Source: an uncultured delta proteobacterium (GTDB lineage Bacteria > Myxococcota_A > Polyangia > Polyangiales > JAFGIB01). Taken from it: a stretch of 64,000 bases of DNA. Under the pieces are notes generated by a model, which searched no databases, was not told the origin of the DNA, and was given only the letters and a program-made list of their open reading frames with translations. Numbering within the stretch: the first letter of the stretch is position 1; each line of letters opens with the position of its first letter. The stretch covers positions 64,001 to 128,000 of the forward strand of contig CAVZVA010000012.1 of assembly GCA_963778655.1 (NCBI GenBank), written 5' to 3'. Shown here piece by piece: positions 19,167 to 28,294 of the stretch. The translations under genes were made by a program, and so were the position numbers.

Positions 19167-19203
19167 CAGAGCTCGCGATTCGGGACCGTGATCGGTCATT
19201 TGG
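19167..19203. repeat. Dispersed intergenic repeat (REP/MITE end) shared with 36353-36370 and 36521-36539
   Basis: CAGAGCTCGCGATTCGGGA (19167-19185) is the exact reverse complement of 36521-36539. CCGTGATCGGTCATTTGG matches the reverse complement of 36353-36370 at 17/18. Confidence 0.75.
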
Positions 19204-19222
19204 CGGCGGAGCAGGGCGCAGC

Positions 19223-19906
19223 TCAGGCACCGATGCCGTAGAGCATGCGCAGGTGGGCCGCGAAGCCGGGAGCGTCGGCGCGCTGGTCGGCGCGAATCCG
19301 GCGCACGGCGGGTCGCTGCTCCATGCGCTCGAGGTAGGGCAGCAGGCCCGGCACCTCGGCCAGCGGGTCGCAGCCGAGCACGCGCTGGGTCACATTGCGC
19401 ACCACCGGAACGTGGATCACCGCGGCGATGTCGGCCGCGCTGAAGCGCTCGCCGCACACATACGCGTCGAAGCGTGCGAGGTGCGCGAGCCCGCGTGCGC
19501 CCTTCTCCACGGTCGTGCGCACGTCGTTCGCGATGTTGTTCGGCGCGGGCTTGCCGCGAAAGTAGTTGGGCAGCACGCGGCGCGCGGGCAGCTCGAGATA
19601 GAGATTGATCAGCTGCGTGAGCTCGAGCAGCTTGGCGGTGGCGAACGCGCTCCCGGGGTACAGCGGCGGGTCGGGAATGCGGCGCTCGAGGTAGTCGATG
19701 ATGCAGCGCGACTCGCTCAGAAAGCCCTCTTCGGTCTGTAGGCAGGGCACCTTGCCCAGCGGGCTCTGGTCCAGATAGTCGCCGCGATAGCGCTCGCCGG
19801 CGCCCGTGTACACCAGCGCCTCCTCGAACGGCGCGCCCTTCTCGAGCAGCGCCAGCTTCACGATGTTGTAATAGTTGCTCGACGAAAATCCGTGCAGCTT
19901 CAGCAT
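19223..19906 (-). CDS. Glutathione S-transferase
   Basis: SNYYN.VKLALLEKG, SPLGKVPCL, LSESRCIIDYLE, FSAADI. Confidence 0.93.
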   Translation of the reverse strand: MLKLHGFSSSNYYNIVKLALLEKGAPFEEALVYTGAGERYRGDYLDQSPLGKVPCLQTEEGFLSESRCIIDYLERRIPDPPLYPGSAFATAKLLELTQLINLYLELPARRVLPNYFRGKPAPNNIANDVRTTVEKGARGLAHLARFDAYVCGERFSAADIAAVIHVPVVRNVTQRVLGCDPLAEVPGLLPYLERMEQRPAVRRIRADQRADAPGFAAHLRMLYGIGA

Positions 19907-20085
19907 CGACGCGCCTCCCGCGGCCGGCCCGGCCGCCGCGCCACGCTAGCTCGAATGGCGCGCCCGAGGCCAGCGGGAATCAGAGCACGCGGGGCGCCAC
20001 GACGCGGGCAGCCACAGCCGCGGGGACCGCGCAGGCCCGGTGCGGCCCCTTGGCGGCCAGGCGCTGGGGCTGTTAGCGTGCAGCG

Positions 20086-22149
20086 ATGCGAGCGATCTGG
20101 AGCGCGAGGCTGTCCCCGTGCTGCGCCGCGGTGGCGGCGCTGCTGATGTGCGGCTGTGGCGGCCAGGACAACGAGCTCAAGGACGCCGGCTTGGCCGGCG
20201 CCGGCGGCGCCGACGCGGGCGGCCCAGGGTCGGCCTGCAGCTTGCACTGCGCGCCCGAGGAGTCGCTCGATGCCGACGCCTGCGCGTGCACGAGCGACGG
20301 CGTACGCATGCGGCTTTCTTCGCTGAAAGACGGCTTCTACGCGCAGCCCTGGCCGCTGGCCACCCGGCTGCGCGACGACGGCACGCTCGACCTCGACGAC
20401 TTTCCCACGGCCTCGAATGCATCGTTCGTGAACGACAACCTCGACACGATCGCCAGCCATACCCACGGCTTCTCCACCAACGGCGCGATCTTCACCAGCT
20501 TCGACGGCGCGCTCGACGCCGATTCGCTGCCTACGGTCGAGGGCTCGCTGGAGCAGGACGCGAGCGCCTATCTGGTGGAGGTGGAGCCCGACTCGGCCAC
20601 GCGCGGCGAGCGCACGCCGCTCGCATGCAGCTATCGCGACGGCAAGAGCGATTACAACCCTCCGCACTTCTTGGCCTGCATGCCGTTCGCAGGCTTTCCG
20701 CTGCGCCCCGATACCACATACGCGCTCGTGCTCACCGACGGGCTATTGGACGCGAAGGGCGTTCCGGTGCGCGCGAGCCAGCGCCTGCGCGATGTCCTTC
20801 GGGGTCGCGACGACGGTGACGATGCGCTTGCGGCCGATTTGATCGACGCCTATGCACCGCTCGCGGATTACCTTCTCGGCGAGGGTGACGATCTCGAGCG
20901 TGTGGTCGGCGCAACCGTGTTCCGTACCCAGGACCCGACCAAGCAGCTCCGCGCGCTCGCGGACGACGTGCACGCGCAGCCCGCCCCGACCTACACCAAC
21001 TTGGCGCTCTACACGGGAACGCTGCCCAGCGAGTCCGGCAACTACGTCGCGCTCGACGGTACCTACGACACGCCCATCTACCAGCAAGGAGAGACGCCCT
21101 ACGCGCTCAGCGGCGGTGACATTCGCTTCTCCGCGGACGGCACACCGGTGCGCGCGAGCACGCTCTCGCTGCGCTTTGCGCTCACCGTGCCCGACGGGCC
21201 GATGCCGAGCGACGGCTATCCGGTGGTGCTCTACCACCACGGTACCGGCGGGGACGCCTACAGCTTCATCGACGACGGCACGGCCTACCATTTCGCGGAC
21301 GCCGGTGTCGCGGCGATCGGCATCGACGCGCCGGTTCACGGCACGCGCAAGCCCGACGGCGTCGACCCGCAGTTGCTGTTCTTCAACATCAACAACGTGC
21401 TCGCGCTACGCGACAACGTGCGCCAGGGTGCGGTGGACCTCCTGGTGCTCGAGCGCTTCGTGCAGGCGTTTCACGTAAGCGCCGCCGACTCGCCGACCGG
21501 ACAGGCGATCGCGTTCGACCCCAATCGCATCTTCGCCATGGGGCACTCGCAGGGTGGGCTGACGGTGCCGCTGATGCTCCCGTTTTCCGAGCGCGTGAAG
21601 GGCGCGATGCTCTCGGGCGCGGGCGCCTCGATCACGGCGAGCATTCTGTACAAGACCACGCCCTTGAACATCCCGGCGCTCGCGCGCGGCATTCTCGGCC
21701 TCGGTCCGAGCGACACACTCGACGCGTACCATCCGGTGTTGTCGTTGGTGCAGGCCTTCTCCGACGTCGCCGACAGCAGCAACTACGTGCCCTATCTGTA
21801 TCGCTGGCCAGGTGGGCGCGGGCTAGACGTGTGGGCCACCCAGGGCTTGCTCGACACCGAGGCGCCGCCGCCGGTCACCGACGCGCTGGTGACGGCGATG
21901 GCCCTCGACCCGGTGGATCCCCAGCCGCGGCCGGTGCAGGGGCTGGGGTTGCGCCACGCTCAGACGCGCAGCGCGCCCGTGCGCGGCAACGTGAAGGGGG
22001 TGGACGGCCAGCGCTACACCGCCGTGTACACGCAGTACCCCGACGACGATCACTTCTTGATCATGGAAGACCCGGTTGCGGAGGAGCAGCTGACGCACTG
22101 GTTTCAGACCCTGGCTGCGGACGGCCAAGCCGAGCTGATCGTCCCCTGA
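20086..22149 (+). CDS. Large lipoprotein lipase/esterase (alpha/beta hydrolase with N-terminal Ig-like region)
   Basis: LMCGC lipobox, PWP, GFSTN, YHHGTGG, GIDAPVHGTR, RDNVRQ, GHSQGG, QGLLD, DDHF. Confidence 0.85.
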   Translation: MRAIWSARLSPCCAAVAALLMCGCGGQDNELKDAGLAGAGGADAGGPGSACSLHCAPEESLDADACACTSDGVRMRLSSLKDGFYAQPWPLATRLRDDGTLDLDDFPTASNASFVNDNLDTIASHTHGFSTNGAIFTSFDGALDADSLPTVEGSLEQDASAYLVEVEPDSATRGERTPLACSYRDGKSDYNPPHFLACMPFAGFPLRPDTTYALVLTDGLLDAKGVPVRASQRLRDVLRGRDDGDDALAADLIDAYAPLADYLLGEGDDLERVVGATVFRTQDPTKQLRALADDVHAQPAPTYTNLALYTGTLPSESGNYVALDGTYDTPIYQQGETPYALSGGDIRFSADGTPVRASTLSLRFALTVPDGPMPSDGYPVVLYHHGTGGDAYSFIDDGTAYHFADAGVAAIGIDAPVHGTRKPDGVDPQLLFFNINNVLALRDNVRQGAVDLLVLERFVQAFHVSAADSPTGQAIAFDPNRIFAMGHSQGGLTVPLMLPFSERVKGAMLSGAGASITASILYKTTPLNIPALARGILGLGPSDTLDAYHPVLSLVQAFSDVADSSNYVPYLYRWPGGRGLDVWATQGLLDTEAPPPVTDALVTAMALDPVDPQPRPVQGLGLRHAQTRSAPVRGNVKGVDGQRYTAVYTQYPDDDHFLIMEDPVAEEQLTHWFQTLAADGQAELIVP

Positions 22150-22549
22150 GCGAAGGCTTTGCTCGCGCGCGGCGCGACGGGCCGGGCGGTGCGTGCGCCC
22201 TCGCGCGAGACCCCTGGGTGAAGTCTGACACGGCGCCGGAGCGTGCCGCGGACACGGCGCAGGGCGTCCTTTCATGCGGGCGACAGCAGGGGTCGCACGC
22301 GGCCAGCGCACATGGGGCCGGCGGTCGCGCCGCTGGCGCCCCCGCCGTCCAGGGTCTGGGACGTGCGAGCCGGCGCGGGGAAGTTATTGGCGAGATCCCT
22401 ACAAGATTGGGCATTTTGTTGACTTGGTTGGTCGGGGACGCAAGGCGCGGCGCGATGTGCGAGGGTCTGTTCACGGCAATCCGGGCGGGTCCCCCAACGG
22501 ACACGGCCGGATGCTCCAGAGTGTCGGGGAGCTGGGTGGCTGAGGTCCT

Positions 22550-24130
22550 ATGCAGCGAAGGGTCGTTTGGTTTGCCATCGTCTCGGTAGTGATTGGAGCC
22601 GCGTGCAGCTCGTCGCCGAGCAGCGGCTCGATGGCGGGTACCGGCGGGACGACGGTCGGCGGGCCGCCGATCGGTAGCGCAGGGCTGGGAGGGCTCGCGC
22701 CTGCAAGCGGCGGTGGCGCGCAGCAGCAGCCAGGCGTCGGCGCCGGCGGCACGAACGGCGCCACCGGCGGCAACGGTGGCGGCAACGTGGGCACCGCGAC
22801 TGGCGGAGCTGGCGCGCCCAACATGGCCGGCGCCGGTGAGTCCGGCAGCGGCGCGCCCGCGGGTCCGGATAGCGACGCCGCGGACTGGCGCATGATGGGC
22901 TACGACCTCGGGTCCACTTATTTCAACAGCGCCGAGACCATGCTGAGCAAGCAAACCGCGCCCCAGCTCGGCCCTGCATGGACCAAGGACCTCGGTGGAG
23001 CCGTCTACGGCGCGGCCCTGCTCATCGGCGACAAGGTCTACGCCTCCGGAATCGGCGGCGTCTACGCGTTGGATGTGGCCACGGGCGATCAGCTCTGGCA
23101 GGTCTCGCTGCCCGCCAGCTCGTCGTTGTCCTACGTCGACGGCACGCTCTACATCAACTCGCAGGCCGGCCAAGTGGTCGCGCTCAACGCTGCGGACGGC
23201 AAGCAACTCTGGTCGAAGACACCCGACCCCGAAGGTGCAGATGGCTCGTCCTCGGTGATCCCTGCCGGAGACCTGCTGCTGGTGGGCGGTTCCAGCGGCT
23301 TGGCGGAGCTGACGGGCGGAGGAACCTACAGGGGCTATCTGGCGGCGCTGCAGCGCGCGACCGGCGAGAAGGCGTGGACCACGTTCACGGTGCCCGCCAG
23401 TGCCAGGGGAGCTTCGATCTGGTCGAGTCCCTCGGTGGACCTGCAGGCCGGCCTCGCATTCGCGGGAACGGGCAACAACTACGGCGTGCCAGCCACCGAC
23501 ACCTCGGACTCGATCATCGCGTTCGACCTCGCGGGCGGCAACGTCATGTGGAAGAACCAGCGCATAATGAACGACACCTTCGGCGCTGGCACGGGTCCCG
23601 ACTCGGACTTCGGCGCCAACCCGGTGCTGTACGAGACCATGGTCGGCGGCGTGATGACCAAGCTGGTCGCGGACGGCGCCAAGGGGGGCACCGTTCATTC
23701 CTTGCGCCGTGACGACGGCTCGGTGAACTGGAACCGCACGCTGTGCTCCGGCGCCGCGGACGGCAGCAGCGGCATCTTCACCAACTTCACCTGGACCGGT
23801 AAGAATCTGCTGGTCGCGTGCAACGGGGGTGGCCCCGCGACGCTCTACGCGCTCGATGGCGCCACCGGCGACATCGTCTGGATGCGCGCGCTGCAAGGAC
23901 AGGTCTGGGGACGCACGGCCGTCGCCAACGGCGTGGGTTTCGTGGGCACCGGCTCCACCCTGGAGATGTTCGACGTGGACACCGGGAAGGTCATCAACAG
24001 CTTCCCTTCCAAAGGCGGCACGATCGCGAGCACCATCACGATCGCGCACGGTCGGGTCGCGTTTGGCGAAGGTCTGTCGTGGTCCTCGGGAAAGGCCGGC
24101 ACGACGCTGACCATGCTTGCGATCCAGTGA
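22550..24130 (+). CDS. PQQ-binding beta-propeller lipoprotein (polyvinyl-alcohol dehydrogenase-like)
   Basis: IGAAC lipobox, linker, DWRMMG, repeated ALD..TG..LW Trp-docking motifs, GASIWSSP, GTGNNY, DSDFG. Confidence 0.82.
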   Translation: MQRRVVWFAIVSVVIGAACSSSPSSGSMAGTGGTTVGGPPIGSAGLGGLAPASGGGAQQQPGVGAGGTNGATGGNGGGNVGTATGGAGAPNMAGAGESGSGAPAGPDSDAADWRMMGYDLGSTYFNSAETMLSKQTAPQLGPAWTKDLGGAVYGAALLIGDKVYASGIGGVYALDVATGDQLWQVSLPASSSLSYVDGTLYINSQAGQVVALNAADGKQLWSKTPDPEGADGSSSVIPAGDLLLVGGSSGLAELTGGGTYRGYLAALQRATGEKAWTTFTVPASARGASIWSSPSVDLQAGLAFAGTGNNYGVPATDTSDSIIAFDLAGGNVMWKNQRIMNDTFGAGTGPDSDFGANPVLYETMVGGVMTKLVADGAKGGTVHSLRRDDGSVNWNRTLCSGAADGSSGIFTNFTWTGKNLLVACNGGGPATLYALDGATGDIVWMRALQGQVWGRTAVANGVGFVGTGSTLEMFDVDTGKVINSFPSKGGTIASTITIAHGRVAFGEGLSWSSGKAGTTLTMLAIQ

Positions 24131-24182
24131 TCGCGCTTGTGCGCTCTGGTTTCGCGCCCACCTAACTCATCGGTCGAGCTCA

Positions 24183-24851
24183 GTGCGGTCGTTCGTTCGA
24201 AACATCGGGTCCTGCGTGCTGCTGCAGGTTGCGCTGATCGCTTGCCGCTCCTCATCGGGGCCCGCGGCCACCCCGGTCGCGAACGCGCGGCCGAGTGCTC
24301 CCGCGCCGGCCACGGCCCGGGCGGGGCAGCCGCCGACATATGCATTTTCCGCTCCGCAGCCCTGGCGCTCCCGGCGGCAGGGCGTGCCCCCGGTCGAGCC
24401 GCCCGATCTCGCGCAGGAGACCTGGCGCGTGCTGGTGAGTCAAACCCGGCCGATTCAAGCGAAGACGCCGCACTGGCAAGCGTTGCCCGCAAGCGCAACG
24501 GTGCAGCTGGAAATGCCGGCCGACAGCGTCTATCGCTGCATCGTACCGCCGCTGCAGGTGACCGCCGAGACCAACACCCTGCGCACCCAGCTGAAGGCGT
24601 GGACGCTGGCGCGCAGCTTTCGCTGCTCCGACGACGGCTGGCGCAGTTGGACCGAGGCGATTCACCGCGTGCGCAAGCTGGCCGATGGCTCGCGCCAGGA
24701 CGATCCGGATACGGGGATCCTGCTGCGCGAAAGGGGCGAGGATGGCGCTGTCCGCGAAGCGTTCGTTCTGCTGCGCGCGGACAAGGAGCGCACACAGGCG
24801 ACGACCGGGCCCCCGCGGATCCTGGCGAACGCCCTGGCGGAGGAAGAGTGA
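24183..24851 (+). CDS. Hypothetical lipoprotein
   Basis: VLLQVALIAC lipobox after GTG 24183, GC3-biased frame. Confidence 0.55.
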   Translation: MRSFVRNIGSCVLLQVALIACRSSSGPAATPVANARPSAPAPATARAGQPPTYAFSAPQPWRSRRQGVPPVEPPDLAQETWRVLVSQTRPIQAKTPHWQALPASATVQLEMPADSVYRCIVPPLQVTAETNTLRTQLKAWTLARSFRCSDDGWRSWTEAIHRVRKLADGSRQDDPDTGILLRERGEDGAVREAFVLLRADKERTQATTGPPRILANALAEEE

Positions 24852-25001
24852 TGCACAGCTGCCGCGGTGAATCGCCCGGGCGGCAACGCGGTGCTCGAGC
24901 CAGCCGTGGTCGTCGAAGCGCCGGTCGCGCAGAGCGGCAAGCCCCATCGACGACGAGCGGCCGGACATGAACGACATGGTGAGCTTGCCGAGGTTGCAAT
25001 C

Positions 25002-25619
25002 ATGAACAAGCAAATCTTCAAAGTGCTCGTGCTCTGTGTTGCCGCGTGTGGTTGCAAGCAGAGCGGGAGCTCCGCGAACGTCGTGACCCCTGGCGCCGGG
25101 GGCACCACCGCCGTCGGGACCGGGGGTGTCGCCGTCGTCGGTACCGGCGGCGCCGTCGGCATGAACGCCGCGGGCACTGGGGGGCAAGGCGCTGCGGGCA
25201 TCGGCCTGCCTGGAACGGGCGGGACGAGCGTGGTCGGTCCCGTGGACGCGGGCGTCGATCCGAACAGCTTCAGCGCCGTCTACAAGGACATCATCGTCGG
25301 CGTCGGCTGTAACGGCGGCGCGCTCTGCCATGGCGGCATGGTGGGCAACCTCACCATGACCACCAAGGACCAAGCATACGCCGCGCTGGTCGGGGTCCCG
25401 GCGATGGGGATGAACCTGGTGACGACGATGAACAAGACCATGGACTGCAAGGACAGCGGTCTGACGCGCGTGGTTCCCTTCATGCCGGAGGCGAGCCTGC
25501 TCATGCTGAAGGTGGAGCGGATGCCGCCCTGCGGCGACCCGATGCCCGTGACCCCGCTGGCGCCCGAAAAGGTGGAGCAGATTCGGGCTTGGATCACCAG
25601 CGGCGCCTTGAACAACTGA
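25002..25619 (+). CDS. Lipoprotein, putative c-type cytochrome with atypical CX5CH motif
   Basis: GAGGT SD, VAACGC lipobox, GTGG linker, CNGGALCH, RVVP..PEASLL.LKV..CGDPMP..IRAWI.SGA. Confidence 0.7.
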   Translation: MNKQIFKVLVLCVAACGCKQSGSSANVVTPGAGGTTAVGTGGVAVVGTGGAVGMNAAGTGGQGAAGIGLPGTGGTSVVGPVDAGVDPNSFSAVYKDIIVGVGCNGGALCHGGMVGNLTMTTKDQAYAALVGVPAMGMNLVTTMNKTMDCKDSGLTRVVPFMPEASLLMLKVERMPPCGDPMPVTPLAPEKVEQIRAWITSGALNN

Positions 25620-25671
25620 GGCCGGCGCCCGAGCTCTTGCTGCCGGTTGCGGCTCTCGCCATAGTCAGCGC

Positions 25672-26673
25672 GTGCGCAAGACGCCGGAGCCGACTTATGC
25701 GCTGCAGATGGTCAGACCGTTCTGGGCGCTGCTGCGGCGCTACCCGCAGTTCCCGAGCGCCGTGCTCGATCAGGCCGAGGCCGTGCAGGACGATGTGCGC
25801 GTGCCGGTCGCGGCGGGGCAACGGTTCCTGGAAAAGGCGGTCGAGCTGACCGGGGAGCAGAACCTGGGCCTGCTCGCGGCGCGCGCGACCCGGCTCGGGA
25901 CGTTGGACGTGCTCGAGTACGTCGCGGCGTCGGCGCCAACCTGGCGTGCCGCGGTCGAGACCGCGTTTCGCTACAGCCATCTGATGAACGAGGCGGCCGA
26001 CTTCCGCGTCGACGTCGCCGGCGACAAGGCGCATCTGGTGCTGCACAGCACGGTACCGCTGACCCGGGTGGGCGTCGACTTCCAGAGCGCGGCCTTTCAC
26101 GTGGCCGCAACGCGCTGGATCGATCCGACGCCGCCCGAGCTCGAGGTGTGGTTCACGCATGCGCAGCCGCGCGACCTGAGCGAGTACAGGGCGACCTTCG
26201 GCGGCGCGAAGCTGCGCTTCGATGCGCCCTGGAACGGCCTCGTCTACGATGCGAGCCGGCTCGACACCAAGCTCGCGAGCGCGGACCCCTCGCTGCACCG
26301 GGTGCTGCGCGAGCACGCCGAGCGCTTGTTGGCCAAGCTCGGGACGGGCGACAGCCTGGCGCAGCGGGTCCGGGCACAGGTGCTCTCGACCTTGAAGGAA
26401 GGGCCGATCAGCGCCGAGGACGTGGCGCTGAAGATGGGCGTGACGCGTCGCACGCTGACGCGGCGGCTGCGCCAGCAGGGCACGAGCTTCACCGAGCTGC
26501 TCGAGGACGTGCGCCACAAGGTCGCCATCCACTATCTGAACACCAGCGATCACACCGTCGAGGACATCGCCTTCCTGCTGGGCTTCTCGGAGTCGTCCGC
26601 GTTCGTGCGGGCGTTCAAGCGCTGGCAAGGCGTGGCACCGATGGCCTATCGCCGCAGCCAGCGAGCGCGTTGA
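25672..26673 (+). CDS. AraC-family transcriptional regulator
   Basis: TGEQNLGL and HTH VTRRTLTRRL...IAFLLGFSESSAFVRAFKRW. Confidence 0.93.
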   Translation: MRKTPEPTYALQMVRPFWALLRRYPQFPSAVLDQAEAVQDDVRVPVAAGQRFLEKAVELTGEQNLGLLAARATRLGTLDVLEYVAASAPTWRAAVETAFRYSHLMNEAADFRVDVAGDKAHLVLHSTVPLTRVGVDFQSAAFHVAATRWIDPTPPELEVWFTHAQPRDLSEYRATFGGAKLRFDAPWNGLVYDASRLDTKLASADPSLHRVLREHAERLLAKLGTGDSLAQRVRAQVLSTLKEGPISAEDVALKMGVTRRTLTRRLRQQGTSFTELLEDVRHKVAIHYLNTSDHTVEDIAFLLGFSESSAFVRAFKRWQGVAPMAYRRSQRAR

Positions 26674-26704
26674 GCCCGCAGCCTGCCGCGCTCGGGCCGG
26701 CGCG

Positions 26705-26738
26705 TCCTCCCTGGTCAATTGGATTTCCTCACGCGTCA
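26705..26738 (+). promoter_or_regulatory. Direct repeat TCCTC-N4-GTCA with 21-bp period, candidate AraC operator
   Basis: TCCTCCCTGGTCA (26705) and TCCTCACGCGTCA (26726) lie between the AraC stop and the hydrolase start. Confidence 0.5.
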
Positions 26739-26836
26739 CTGCCCCTGTAGGCAGCGTGTGCAACCTTCGTCCATGACCCGGGAGGAGCTGCCATGGGTGG
26801 GCAGCCGCGATCTTCGGGCCGATGCGAGGCGATGCC

Positions 26837-28006
26837 ATGGTGTATTCAGTGGAGCGAGCGGTTCGGATTGCGTTGGCGGTGCCTTTGGTGTGGCTCGGCG
26901 CGTGTGGGTCAGGGTCCAACAACGGATCGCCCATGCCGGGAACGGGCGGCAGCACCGGGTTCTCGCCCATCAATGGAACGGGCGGTGCGCCGGGAACGGG
27001 CGGCGCCGCACCGGGCTCGTTCGGCATGACGGGCACGGGCGGAGTGACCGGCGCGACCGGCATGATGGGCGGTCGCCCCAGCATGACCGGTGTCGCCGGC
27101 ATGAGCGGCGCGGCCGCCATGGGCGGGGCGGCCGGCATGGGCGCGGCCGCTAGCGACGCCATGATGGGCAGCGCGGGCACTGACACCATGATGGGCAGCG
27201 CCGGCATGGGCGGCACCGCCGGCATGGGTGCAACCGGCACCGGAACTTGCTGCGCGAGCGGCGATTGTCTGTGCCACGGCCCCGATCCCACCGCGCTGAC
27301 GTCCGCGGCCGGGCCATTCAAGACCGACAGCTACACCATCTCGACTGGCACCGTGTATTACCCGACCGACGCGGACCCTCCCTTGGCCGCGATCGCGATC
27401 ATTCCGGGCTTCCTGAACACGGGGCCGGAAATGGCGCCCTGGGGGCCGTTTTACGCGTCCTGGGGCATCGTGCTGGCGGACACCAACAGCGGTGCCGCGG
27501 ATACGCCGGACATCCGCGCCGGTGAGCTGTTGGCGGCGGTCGACGAGCTCAAGTCGGAGAACACCAAGAGCGGCAGCCCGTTGTTCGGCAAGCTGAGCGG
27601 CCGCTACGGGACCTCGGGCTATTCGATGGGTGGCGGCGGCACCACGATCGCCGCGACCATGGACTCGACGCTCAAGACCTCCGTGGGTCTGGCCCCCTGG
27701 GGAGGGGTCGGCATGGGTGTCAACGTGCCCACGCTCTTGTTCTGCGGCGATGCGGATACGGTTGCACCGTGCAACATGGCCATGGACGACTACACCGGCA
27801 TGACCGGCACCACGCCCAAGATGCTGGTGGTCGCCCCCGGAGCAACCCACTTCAATTGGTTCGACCCCGCGGACGCGGGCGGCGGCATGTCGGGCAAGTA
27901 TGCGCTGGCCTTCGAGAAGCTGTTCCTGGAAGGGGACGAGCGCTGGAAGCCGCTCCTGCTGACCATGCCGACAGGCGGCGGCTCGCAGACCACAAACATC
28001 AATTAG
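26837..28006 (+). CDS. Second PETase/cutinase-like polyester hydrolase lipoprotein
   Basis: WLGAC lipobox, Met/Gly linker, HGPDPT, GTVYYP, IIPGF, WGPFYASWG, GYSMGGGG, LAPW, DADTVAP, GATHF, FLEGDERW. Confidence 0.88.
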   Translation: MVYSVERAVRIALAVPLVWLGACGSGSNNGSPMPGTGGSTGFSPINGTGGAPGTGGAAPGSFGMTGTGGVTGATGMMGGRPSMTGVAGMSGAAAMGGAAGMGAAASDAMMGSAGTDTMMGSAGMGGTAGMGATGTGTCCASGDCLCHGPDPTALTSAAGPFKTDSYTISTGTVYYPTDADPPLAAIAIIPGFLNTGPEMAPWGPFYASWGIVLADTNSGAADTPDIRAGELLAAVDELKSENTKSGSPLFGKLSGRYGTSGYSMGGGGTTIAATMDSTLKTSVGLAPWGGVGMGVNVPTLLFCGDADTVAPCNMAMDDYTGMTGTTPKMLVVAPGATHFNWFDPADAGGGMSGKYALAFEKLFLEGDERWKPLLLTMPTGGGSQTTNIN

Positions 28007-28294
28007 ATTGGCTCCCGTCCAGAAGTGGCTCTTCGGAGGATTCAACGGGAAGAGGGGAAGGCTGCGCCCGCCAGGGCAGTGAAATCGTGCGCGCTTCAAT
28101 CTGATCGGTGCGCTAGGGTAGGGCCCGGGGTGGGCCGGCGGACGGCCGCACGGGGGGCGCAATCGCGGCGGAAAGTGAGCGCTGCGGCGCTTTTGCGCTC
28201 GCCGCGCATTGGCAGACCCGCGCGCCACAGGTAAGACGAGCTGAGCCCCACGCGGCCGAGGTGGTGGACCGCCGGGCGTCGAGGCGAGCGCGGC

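Noticed and set aside
22425..22460. GGGACGCAAGG resembling a c-di-GMP-I riboswitch core
   Set aside because: The upstream GGCAAA and GNRA-capped P2 are not present.
28007..28294. Possible ncRNA in the intergenic gap
   Set aside because: Only generic GC-rich stems, with no recognisable promoter, terminator or family motif.
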